64,000 bases of DNA from Candidatus Bathyarchaeota archaeon (GTDB taxonomy: Archaea; Thermoproteota; Bathyarchaeia; 40CM-2-53-6). This document shows, piece by piece, positions 20,306-27,803 of this stretch. The notes beneath the pieces are model-generated. The model saw only the letters and a list, made by a program, of their open reading frames with translations, did not search any database and was not told the origin of the DNA. A program made the position numbers and the translations under genes. The DNA lies in contig CAVTBR010000003.1 of the NCBI GenBank assembly GCA_963733055.1, positions 128,001 through 192,000 of the forward strand, given 5' to 3'. Position 1 is the first letter of the stretch. The number at the start of each line of letters is the position of its first letter.

Positions 20306-22240
20306 CTACATCCTTTCACTTAGGTTGATTCCGAGTAGTTCCATGGAGTTACGGAGCACGACTTGCACGGATGCGACCAAAGCGGCTCTCGCGTTCTTAA
20401 CTTGCTCGTCTGCATGTATAACGTCCACCTTTTCGTAGTATTCGTGAAACTTCTCAGCTAACGCGCTGGCGTAGGTAGCTAAATCTTCAGGCTTTAACTG
20501 GTCCGCTGCTTCGCAGAACACATCCGGCAGTTGGCCTATTTTGAATAGTAGAATGTGTTCCAAGGGATGGTTGAGAAGGGAACAATCGGGTTTCTTTGGC
20601 GCCATCCCTAGCTTTCGTAGGATGCTCCCTGCTCTCGTGTAGGCGTAGTTTATGAATGGTGCACTATTCCGCTCTAGGCTGAGGACCCGATCCCAAGTAA
20701 ACATCAGGTTCTTCGCACTGTTCACGCTTAGCATTGCAAACTTGATCGCGCCGTAGGCGATGTTGAGTATTATCTGCTGAGACTCAGCTGAACCGGTTTC
20801 CTGTTTCCTTTCTGCGAGAGTTTGAACCACTCTGGCCTTAGCCTGCTCGACCACCTCGTCTAGTGTGATGAAGTGCGCTCTTCGCTTGGACATTTTAACG
20901 CCGGGCAGCTCAACGAGGCCATACGAGTAATGGACCATGTTCAATGCGGCATCATTCTCCCCGAGGGCGTAGAGTGCGAGGCGAATCTGCAATTGGGGTA
21001 GGGTCTGCTCGCTAGCAATCACGTTGATTACTCGGTCAGAGTCCCTGAACTTGACCAAGGAGTATGCTACATCGCGGGTGGAGTAGAGCGTTGTTCCGTC
21101 GCTTCGTACAAGAGTCAGGGGTGGAACCTCGTAGTTGGAGGACAGCCCAAACGTCTCCCTGAGGTTATAGGCGTCCACGATCGCGTTAGCATCTAACACG
21201 AAGGAAGCGCCCTTTGGTTTGGTGAAGGGCAACTGCGTCAGTTTGTCCAATGTCTTCTTCACGAAACCGTCCCAAAGCAGCTGGCTCTCCCAATCCCATC
21301 TGTCGAAGTCTATTCCGATCTCGTGCAAAGAGACCTTGATTCCTTCGAGGCATCGCTCGACCATTGTGCGGATTAGGCGGGTGGTTGCTTCGTCATTGGC
21401 TTCATATCTCCGACCCAACTCCTGAATCGCCCGCTCCGGGTCGGTCTCAAGTTGAACTATCTTTACCACCTTTCCGAGCAGTTCTTTGTCGAGGGTTTCT
21501 AGCTCGGCTGCTATTCCGACCCACTCGTCGAGATTAGCCTGAAGTTTCGTTCTCTCTTCTGCCTGCCCTTCGCCAATCGATGCCAGTTTGCGTTTGGTAG
21601 TTTCGATCTGGACGGCGCAGTTTGTGCACGCGTAGAGGCGTCCGAAATAATGGTCCGCTTTTCCTTCTGGTGCGGGTCTGGTTAGTAGGTTGTAGCCATA
21701 GGCTAGAATCGAGACCTGCCTTCCCACGTCGTCAACGTAGAACCTCCGAATTACAGAATGGCCGCGAGCGTTGGATAGTCGGGCCAGTGCGTCGCCGAGG
21801 ATGGAGTTGCGTGCCGTAGCCATCGTTACCGGCCCAGCAGGATTCGAGCTTGTGTGTTCAACGCAGACTCTTGTCGGATTAGCAATCCGAACCAACCCAT
21901 AGTTCTGGTTCTCTGTAGCGACAGTATCTAGGATCAGAGGGCCGGCGATTGCGTAATTCAACCTGAAGTTAATGTAACCAGCAGCCTCCTCCACATTCGC
22001 GATGAGAGTCCTGTCGTCTAGTTTTATCGCGCTAGTAATCTTGTGAGCGACGTCCTGAGGTTGCAGCCCCTTTTGCCGCGCGATCTCGTGCGCCACCGAT
22101 GAGGCGAGTTCGCCGAATTGCAAGGACCCCGGGACCGAGAGGCGGTACTGCCCTCTAGATGAGTCCGGATAAGTAATCGATAGCGCGACGTTCAGCGTTT
22201 CGATGCACTCTGCTTTGAATTGCTGGAGGACGGTGGGCAA
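20306..22240 (-). CDS. argS: Arginine--tRNA ligase
   Basis: VEHTSSNP, RN..LGD, DD.GRQ, RSDGT.LY.TRD, KMSKR, C-terminal ERM. Confidence 0.95.
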   Translation of the reverse strand: MPTVLQQFKAECIETLNVALSITYPDSSRGQYRLSVPGSLQFGELASSVAHEIARQKGLQPQDVAHKITSAIKLDDRTLIANVEEAAGYINFRLNYAIAGPLILDTVATENQNYGLVRIANPTRVCVEHTSSNPAGPVTMATARNSILGDALARLSNARGHSVIRRFYVDDVGRQVSILAYGYNLLTRPAPEGKADHYFGRLYACTNCAVQIETTKRKLASIGEGQAEERTKLQANLDEWVGIAAELETLDKELLGKVVKIVQLETDPERAIQELGRRYEANDEATTRLIRTMVERCLEGIKVSLHEIGIDFDRWDWESQLLWDGFVKKTLDKLTQLPFTKPKGASFVLDANAIVDAYNLRETFGLSSNYEVPPLTLVRSDGTTLYSTRDVAYSLVKFRDSDRVINVIASEQTLPQLQIRLALYALGENDAALNMVHYSYGLVELPGVKMSKRRAHFITLDEVVEQAKARVVQTLAERKQETGSAESQQIILNIAYGAIKFAMLSVNSAKNLMFTWDRVLSLERNSAPFINYAYTRAGSILRKLGMAPKKPDCSLLNHPLEHILLFKIGQLPDVFCEAADQLKPEDLATYASALAEKFHEYYEKVDVIHADEQVKNARAALVASVQVVLRNSMELLGINLSERM

Positions 22241-22415
22241 AGCAACCAGTTTTCCGATCTAATCTGCTGGCCCAACAGCGTATGTTCATTTGCTTAAAAT
22301 TGGTTCGCTGACGCGAGTTCAGCGACGACTAAGAACCCTGTTTACTGAGATGTTATTCGGTTCAAGACGGGTCCAAATCCCCAATCTTATACGGCTTGAA
22401 ACCGTCCCACATCAG

Positions 22416-22493
22416 GGGCGGGTAGCCTAGCCTGGATAGGGCACAGGCCTCCGGAGCCTGAGGTCGGGGGTTCGAATCCCTCCCCGCCCGCCA
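22416..22493 (+). tRNA. tRNA-Arg(CCG), intronless, CCA encoded
   Basis: Acceptor GGGCGGG/CCCGCCC, anticodon arm CAGGC-CTCCGGA-GCCTG, GGTTCGAATCC T-loop. Confidence 0.95.
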
Positions 22494-22495
22494 CA
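22467..22495 (+). repeat. attL core (tRNA 3' end)
   Basis: GGGGTTCGAATCCCTCCCCGCCCGCCACA, identical to 26824-26852. Confidence 0.93.
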
Positions 22496-22524
22496 CGTTC
22501 AATCAGAATAAACCCCCGCCCCGT

Positions 22525-23409
22525 TTGAATGAGATAATCAGTTATGGGCTGTGGATGCGCAGGGAAGGTTATCGTGAATCCACCTGCTATTTCTCTGTCC
22601 GAACTCTCAAACGGCTGGACCGTAAGGTCAACTTGTTAGAGCCTGAAGCAGTCAAACGATTCCTAGCCAACTCAGCTTGGAGTGAGGGCGGCAAGGAACG
22701 GGTAGCAGAAGACCTAGACCGATTCTACAAGTTCAAAGGTATCCAGTGGGAGCGGCCAAGATATGAGGCCGTAGATACTCTACCGTACATACCGAAAGAG
22801 GCTGACATTAACGAACTAATCTCAGGCCTCTCCGCTACCGTTGGCACTTTCTGTTTGCTTCTCAAGGAAACAGGCTGCAGGCCATGTGAGGGCTGGGCGG
22901 CTGAATGGACGCATATCGATATGGATAGGCACGCCGTAGTAATTCGAGCCGGTAAGAAATCTAGGAGTAGGGAACTCAGAATTAGTAATGTGGTTGTGAG
23001 CCGACTAAACCAATTACCAAAGAGCGGGAAGTATGTCTTCCATGATGGGAAGAAGCCGCCCATTGACGGCCTAAAGGATTTCACTCGCTCATTTCAGAAA
23101 CAACGTCAACGGGTAAGTGTCAAGTGCGCTAACCCGAAGCTGCAACTAATCAGCCTACGAACCCTACGCCATTACAAGGGAACCATGGAGTATCATCGAA
23201 CCCGTGATATCGTCCACGTCCAACGCTTGCTAGGGCATAGGTCAATCCAGAATACGCTGAGATACGTTCGGCTCGTAAACTTCCCAGATGAAGATGAGTT
23301 CACTTCGAAAGTTGCAACAAGTCAGAAAGAAATTACAGAGTTGATTGAGGCAGGGTTCGAGTTCATTCTGCAAAAAGATGGGCTAGTCTACTTCAGAAAG
23401 AGAAAATGA
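22525..23409 (+). CDS. Tyrosine recombinase/integrase (C-terminal portion; frame open upstream through att core to 22462)
   Basis: TGCR, K, RTLRH, LLGH....T.RY catalytic motifs; C-terminal LIEAGFEF......YFRKRK. Confidence 0.92.
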   Translation: MNEIISYGLWMRREGYRESTCYFSVRTLKRLDRKVNLLEPEAVKRFLANSAWSEGGKERVAEDLDRFYKFKGIQWERPRYEAVDTLPYIPKEADINELISGLSATVGTFCLLLKETGCRPCEGWAAEWTHIDMDRHAVVIRAGKKSRSRELRISNVVVSRLNQLPKSGKYVFHDGKKPPIDGLKDFTRSFQKQRQRVSVKCANPKLQLISLRTLRHYKGTMEYHRTRDIVHVQRLLGHRSIQNTLRYVRLVNFPDEDEFTSKVATSQKEITELIEAGFEFILQKDGLVYFRKRK

Positions 23410-23477
23410 ACTGAGCAAAAGATACTAAAGCCGAATGAGGCTTCTATAGCGACGGAGAAGGAGATAGCGGTTCCACC

Positions 23478-23974
23478 GTGTCAACAGTCCCACAAGCTGT
23501 CAAGGAGAACTTTTGGAAACACGTCCACAAACAACCTAATGGTTGTTGGATTTGGACGGCTTCCAAGAACCAATATGGACATGGCCGATTCCATTATCGT
23601 GGACGTTTCACTACTGCTCACCGAACTGCTTACGAGATTAAATTTGGCCTATAGCCAAAGGAAAGCAGGTTTTGCATCATTGCAATAATCGTGCTTGTGT
23701 AAATCCAGAACACTTGTCCGTCGGAACTGCCAAGGACAACGCCGAACAAAGGGTGAAGGAAGGCCGTTCCAACCCACGCACAGGAGAAGACCATCTCCAT
23801 AAGGTAACTGCGAATCAAGTTTACGAAATTCGGGCGAAGTATGCGAGAGGCGGTGTCGGCTATAGGACTCTCGCCAAGGAATACAAAGTCAGTCCAAGTA
23901 CGATTCTTGCCATAGTTCGCTATCAGTCTTGGAGAAACCCAACGAATATACCGAATAAACAAAACAGAACCTAA
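23478..23974 (+). CDS. HNH endonuclease (HNH_3-like) with C-terminal HTH; frameshift near 23648
   Basis: GTG 23478: FW..V....GCW.W.....GHG.F......AHR.AYE; adding one C joins to VLHHCNNRACVNPEHL..GT..DN. Confidence 0.8.
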
Positions 23975-24134
23975 TACGCAATAAAGTGTACGGGTTATAG
24001 CCTACTTTCGAAAACGCAAATAGCCATCATCGCACGGACTCATATTCTGGAATGCCCAATGAATCGGAAGTGGACCGACCCGCCTGTTATTGTAGCAATG
24101 GTTGCTATCATCGTCTCTGGGTGTTTCTCAGGCC

Positions 24135-24174
24135 TTGGGCCGATTCGCCTGAGTTAACCCTGCGAGGCCCAATC
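24135..24174 (+). repeat. Inter-cassette hairpin site 1
   Basis: TTGGGCC-ga-TTCGC-ctgagttaaccct-GCGA-GGCCCAATC. Confidence 0.75.
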
Positions 24175-24232
24175 CTACTACTTGGTAGAAATGGAGTAAT
24201 ATTACCCTTTTCGACTGTCTCTACAAGCCACC

Positions 24233-24282
24233 TTAAATACCTAGTCGGTATATATAATCATTCTAGATGAGTTCTGGAGGTG
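24233..24282 (+). promoter_or_regulatory. Archaeal promoter and RBS of the 26-aa peptide gene (copy 1)
   Basis: TTAAATA at 24233, TTCTAG at +28, GGAGGTG at +43; same spacing in copy 2. Confidence 0.7.
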
Positions 24283-24290
24283 TTTGAGAG

Positions 24291-24371
24291 ATGGCGAAGA
24301 AACGTAAGGTTAAGATGAGTTTGGGTAAGGAGCACGACAAGAACATTAGACAAGAAGAGCAAGTAGCTTAA
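24291..24371 (+). CDS. 26-aa peptide MAKKRKVKMSLGKEHDKNIRQEEQVA (copy 1)
   Basis: ATG with GGAGGTG RBS; paralog at 27015-27095. Confidence 0.75.
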   Translation: MAKKRKVKMSLGKEHDKNIRQEEQVA

Positions 24372-24384
24372 AGCTACTAACCTT

Positions 24385-24415
24385 GGGCGGATATCGCCCT
24401 CATTTTCTTTCTTTG
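24385..24415 (+). terminator. Hairpin plus T-rich tract after peptide copy 1
   Basis: GGGCG-gatat-CGCCC followed by TTTTCTTTCTTT. Confidence 0.55.
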
Positions 24416-24441
24416 TTATCCCTGATTAGAGCGACCGAACG

Positions 24442-24459
24442 TGGCCTGAAAGGCCAATC
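24442..24459 (+). repeat. Inter-cassette hairpin site 2
   Basis: TGGCC-tgaaa-GGCCAATC. Confidence 0.7.
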
Positions 24460-24586
24460 TGTTTTTAATAGAATATTCCTAGACTAGTGATAACTTCGTG
24501 CCGCCTACGGTTTCGAGTTGTAATTTGATATCGAGAGTCAAACGAGGTCTTATTAACTTCAGAAACCCCCGTCTGCGTTAGGGTTT

Positions 24587-25417
24587 GTGTTCTTGAAACG
24601 TGGAGCAGTTGGGCTTGGCCTAATAGTAGTCATGTTCATGCTTCTGTTCGTTTTGGAGCCGTTGCCTGTTCATGCCGTATCAAGCCTCAGCCTAGACGGA
24701 GCGGCATCAAGCGGGGTATGCACCAGCACTACGTGTTCAGCGACGTTGACGACCTCAAACCCCAACGACATCATCATTGCCTTCGTGGGCGGTGGTCAGA
24801 TAAGTTTTGGAACGCCGCCAACGGCCAGCGGTCTAACCTTCAATACACGATTAACAACAGTGGGTCTCGCCAATGCTGGTGAATGGTGGGCGGTAGCTTC
24901 CTCGCCGCTCTCCAGCGTTACCATAACCGTAACGCTGTCACATAGTACGTCTCCGGAGTATTCGTTGATTGTTTTTGGAATTTCGGGAGCGAATACCGCT
25001 ACCCCCTTCGACCCTTCTTTGCCCTTGCCGGCAACAGCCAACAGCGGCGGCTCCCCAACCAGCTCTTCCAGCGTACAAGTCTCAACCTCCAATCCCAACG
25101 ACATGATTCTAGGACTCGTAGCTGGGGGAACGAATGTTGGCGGTGGGTCTGCGGGTTCAGGCTTGACCATAATAGAATCTCTAGCGAACCATAACAACGC
25201 TGCCGAGTATGAGGTTGTGAGCAACACTCAATCAGGACTCTCTGTCAGCATTAACTTCGGCGGCGGACCCTCTAATTGGCTTATGTTTGGGGACGCCGTA
25301 CAAGCCGCAACTGCTCCACCAATCCCAGAGTATCCGCTTGGATTACCAATTCTAGCAATCCTCACGATAATCGGGTACGGTTTAGTTAGACGACGAACAA
25401 GAAACGATAACGCCTAA
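24587..25417 (+). CDS. Ser/Thr-rich secreted surface protein with PIPEYP-TM-RRR anchor (PEF-CTERM-like); internal duplication
   Basis: Signal peptide, two TSNPND(I/M)I repeats, C-terminal PIPEYPLGLPILAIL..IGYGLVRRR. Confidence 0.8.
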   Translation: MFLKRGAVGLGLIVVMFMLLFVLEPLPVHAVSSLSLDGAASSGVCTSTTCSATLTTSNPNDIIIAFVGGGQISFGTPPTASGLTFNTRLTTVGLANAGEWWAVASSPLSSVTITVTLSHSTSPEYSLIVFGISGANTATPFDPSLPLPATANSGGSPTSSSSVQVSTSNPNDMILGLVAGGTNVGGGSAGSGLTIIESLANHNNAAEYEVVSNTQSGLSVSINFGGGPSNWLMFGDAVQAATAPPIPEYPLGLPILAILTIIGYGLVRRRTRNDNA

Positions 25418-25431
25418 CTTCGGTAAGCGGC

Positions 25432-25460
25432 TGGGCCGAAGCGTGAGCGCAGGCCCAATC
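25432..25460 (+). repeat. Inter-cassette hairpin site 3
   Basis: TGGGCC-gaa-GCG-tgag-CGC-a-GGCCCAATC. Confidence 0.78.
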
Positions 25461-25526
25461 GTTCCAGTACATTCACGATAATGCTTCTCGACATGTTACG
25501 TTAAATAGTCTTAACTTCGTCACAAC

Positions 25527-26054
25527 ATGCAGTGGTTTGTGGAGTCTACGGTTCAAAGATTCAGGTTCATTGCCCTTACGGTCCTTTCGATACTAGCCCT
25601 CACAATTATCGGGGGCGCCTCACTCTCACCAGCATACGCAGATGGATGCATCTTCTCCACTAATGGGAGCCCCTTCACCATAACTCAGGGAACCAGCTTA
25701 ACGGTCACTGGAACTGATAGCTGCAATCCTGCCGGCACAGTTACCGTCGTAGCTCCAATCTATAGCTCATGTATCGGCTCATTCATAGGCTTGCAAGGTT
25801 CGGCTACACCCGTTTCGGGTAGTTTCTCTGTGAATGTTCCTACTTCCTCGCTCGCTCCAGGTTCATATTGTATCGAATTTGCTTCTCAGTGTGCAGGGAC
25901 ATGTCCTGACTCTCCTCTCAATGTCAATGACCCTCTCACTGTTACTCCTGCTACACCCATCCCAGAATATCCACTCGGCCTACCCATACTAGCAATCCTC
26001 GTGCTAATCGGGTTCGGTTTAGTTAGACGCCGAACTCGAAACGATAAAACCTAA
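25527..26054 (+). CDS. Cys-containing secreted surface protein with PIPEYP-TM-RRR anchor
   Basis: Signal peptide, Ig-like beta-rich body, anchor nearly identical to previous gene; TTAAATA at 25501. Confidence 0.8.
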   Translation: MQWFVESTVQRFRFIALTVLSILALTIIGGASLSPAYADGCIFSTNGSPFTITQGTSLTVTGTDSCNPAGTVTVVAPIYSSCIGSFIGLQGSATPVSGSFSVNVPTSSLAPGSYCIEFASQCAGTCPDSPLNVNDPLTVTPATPIPEYPLGLPILAILVLIGFGLVRRRTRNDKT

Positions 26055-26067
26055 GCTCCATAATCCG

Positions 26068-26087
26068 TTGGGCCGAAAGGCCCAATC
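26068..26087 (+). repeat. Inter-cassette hairpin site 4
   Basis: TTGGGCC-gaaa-GGCCCAATC. Confidence 0.78.
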
Positions 26088-26099
26088 ATAATTTAGTAA

Positions 26100-26567
26100 T
26101 TAATTCTTACGCCTAACTACTCCATATCCCATAACCAATAAGATTGCCAGCAACGTGAGGCCGTATGGGTATTCAGGTATTGGAGCTGGAGTTTGAATGA
26201 CTACTTGAGCATCTAGCGGAGGAAGAGTGCCGATTTGTGCCGCCACACAATAGGTACCCACTCCTAGGACGCCGACAAATAGGGTCACGGAAAAGCCTCC
26301 AGTCGGGTCCGTAGTGATTCCTTTATCGCTAGATGAGCCAGCGCATGTCCCCGTAGGGTCAAGGTACAAAATGAGCCCACCCGCCGTGTTAGCAGGCCAT
26401 CCGCTTCCTATAGCTTGCACATTGTTGCCCTGCGTGACAGGGTTCGGCATAAAGGTAAGCGTCGGCGGCGGCAAAGCGTATACGCTTCTAAGATTCAACG
26501 TGACCGCAACTGAAACGATAGCGATTATAGCCAAGACTAATGCTGCTTTCTTCCGCAACCCAACCAA
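26100..26567 (-). CDS. Secreted surface protein with PIPEYP-TM-RRK anchor (inverted orientation)
   Basis: Signal peptide, PNPV.QG..V...GSGW, C-terminal PIPEYPYGLTLLAILLVMGYGVVRRK. Confidence 0.8.
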   Translation of the reverse strand: MVGLRKKAALVLAIIAIVSVAVTLNLRSVYALPPPTLTFMPNPVTQGNNVQAIGSGWPANTAGGLILYLDPTGTCAGSSSDKGITTDPTGGFSVTLFVGVLGVGTYCVAAQIGTLPPLDAQVVIQTPAPIPEYPYGLTLLAILLVMGYGVVRRKN

Positions 26568-26631
26568 ACCACAGAGATAATCGGCTCATCGATTCTTAAG
26601 GTGTTCGTAAGATGCCCAGACTTAACTCCGT

Positions 26632-26648
26632 CGGGTCGACGACCCAAC
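26632..26648 (+). repeat. Inter-cassette hairpin site 5 (compensatory variant)
   Basis: CGGGTC-gac-GACCCAAC; GGGCC/GGCCC replaced by GGGTC/GACCC with pairing kept. Confidence 0.6.
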
Positions 26649-26697
26649 TATAACCTATAACTTTCCGTTAAAATTTCTTAGAAACCTTACCTAACCC

Positions 26698-26857
26698 ATG
26701 ACAACCTCTACAATTTTTTAACCCAAGACAATCTCTACCGAGCGGTGAACCTGCTCTGACCAACGATAATCAGGCTCCTACCTCGCCCGAATCCGGTGTT
26801 AACAAGTCAAGCGGATTGGGGCTGGGGTTCGAATCCCTCCCCGCCCGCCACAATTAG
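26698..26857 (+). pseudogene. Putative int(N) fragment reading into attR
   Basis: Frame 26702-26854 is open and reads ...LGLGFESLPARH, the same frame through the att core as the integrase; ATG 26698 joins it if the T6 run at 26714-26719 is T5; alternative TTG at 26816. Confidence 0.55.
26824..26852 (+). repeat. attR core (duplicate of tRNA-Arg 3' end)
   Basis: Identical 29-mer to 22467-22495. Confidence 0.93.
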
Positions 26858-26958
26858 ACCCCTTATTCATAGAAAGCAGGGAATCAGTTCTAGGCGAAGA
26901 TTCCACCGAGTAGAAATGCGGCGCAATTACTCTTTACGACTTACTCCTTCAAGCTACG

Positions 26959-27008
26959 TTAAATAGCTGAATGACACACAGCGTCGTTCTAGTAGTTTTG
27001 TGGAGGTG
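26959..27008 (+). promoter_or_regulatory. Promoter and RBS of peptide copy 2
   Basis: TTAAATA at 26959, TTCTAG at +28, GGAGGTG at +43. Confidence 0.7.
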
Positions 27009-27014
27009 TTTGGG

Positions 27015-27095
27015 GTGGGGTTGAAACAAAAAGTTAAGATGAAATTAGGTCTTGAGCACGACAAGAACATTAAGCAAGAGGAACAAGTAGCTTAA
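27015..27095 (+). CDS. 26-aa peptide MGLKQKVKMKLGLEHDKNIKQEEQVA (copy 2)
   Basis: GTG start after GGAGGTG; 20/26 identical to copy 1; followed by hairpin + TTTTCTTTCT. Confidence 0.75.
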   Translation: MGLKQKVKMKLGLEHDKNIKQEEQVA

Positions 27096-27166
27096 GCTCG
27101 TAATCTCGGGCGGTTAACTCCGCACCTGATTTTCTTTCTCGGTCATCTAAACGAATCCCGTTTCTC

Positions 27167-27757
27167 TCACCATAATTTCGGAATGAATCTCGGGGTTCGT
27201 TTCTTGTATTCGCGATATTCATCTCCGAATCGATCAATCAATATGGTCTCTTCTTCGTTTATTGATGCGTACAGTACGACGAGTAATGCGATTGTGGGCA
27301 AAAGAACGATCAGATTAGCTACCATAAGCGCCAAGGCGGATAGAGAAACGAATATTCCCAAGTAAATTGGGTGCCTGACGAAACCATAGACACCAGTAGT
27401 TACGAGCGCAGTGTCTTTCCTGACTCCACTTACGGAGGGAGACCAATTTTTGCCAAGCCCCCAATATGCGCACAATACAAACGAGAGACCTAGAATGGCC
27501 ACTCCGAACATGATTAGTCGGAACGAATCAGGCAACGGAATCGAGAGAAACACGACCCAGCTAGGAAGGAACAGGTAGAGTAAAGCTCCTCCGAAATAGA
27601 CGGCGGCCAATACAAGAGCCGTGGAACGTAACCCACCCTCGTGTGAAGTTGTCTGCTTAGTCGCACACCCTTTTGCCGAATAGTATAACACGGTGACACT
27701 TACGAAGAAGATTAACCATAGAATTGAGAAGATAGCGCTGAAAAACAATTCTTCCAA
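27167..27757 (-). CDS. Isoprenylcysteine carboxyl methyltransferase (ICMT/Ste14) family
   Basis: LG.NWS, LVT.G.Y..VRHPIY, EE..L...FG.EY.EY...TPRFIP. Confidence 0.9.
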   Translation of the reverse strand: MEELFFSAIFSILWLIFFVSVTVLYYSAKGCATKQTTSHEGGLRSTALVLAAVYFGGALLYLFLPSWVVFLSIPLPDSFRLIMFGVAILGLSFVLCAYWGLGKNWSPSVSGVRKDTALVTTGVYGFVRHPIYLGIFVSLSALALMVANLIVLLPTIALLVVLYASINEEETILIDRFGDEYREYKKRTPRFIPKLW

Positions 27758-27803
27758 AATCTAATCCCCTTGCAGTAGCGGTGGACCAACTCGGTTACAT
27801 TAT

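Larger units (their letters stand above)
22467..26852. mobile_element. tRNA-Arg-integrated element (~4.4 kb) with tyrosine integrase and cassette-like cargo
   Basis: 29-bp direct repeats of the tRNA 3' end at both borders; integrase immediately after tRNA. Confidence 0.9.

Noticed and set aside
24052-24270. 72-aa ORF inside the element
   Set aside because: It spans hairpin site 1 and the peptide promoter, and has no RBS or motif.
24291-24371. tmRNA-like tag reading frame ending in VA*
   Set aside because: It has its own RBS and start codon, and no tRNA-like ends were found.
24135-26648. CRISPR array or canonical IntI/attC integron
   Set aside because: Spacing is gene-sized and the repeats vary in length, with no cas genes in the window. 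The sites lack a consistent RYYYAAC...GTTRRRY pairing, and the integrase shows no obvious IntI features by eye.
26824-26852. Second tRNA gene
   Set aside because: Only the T-arm and 3' acceptor strand are present; it is the att duplication.
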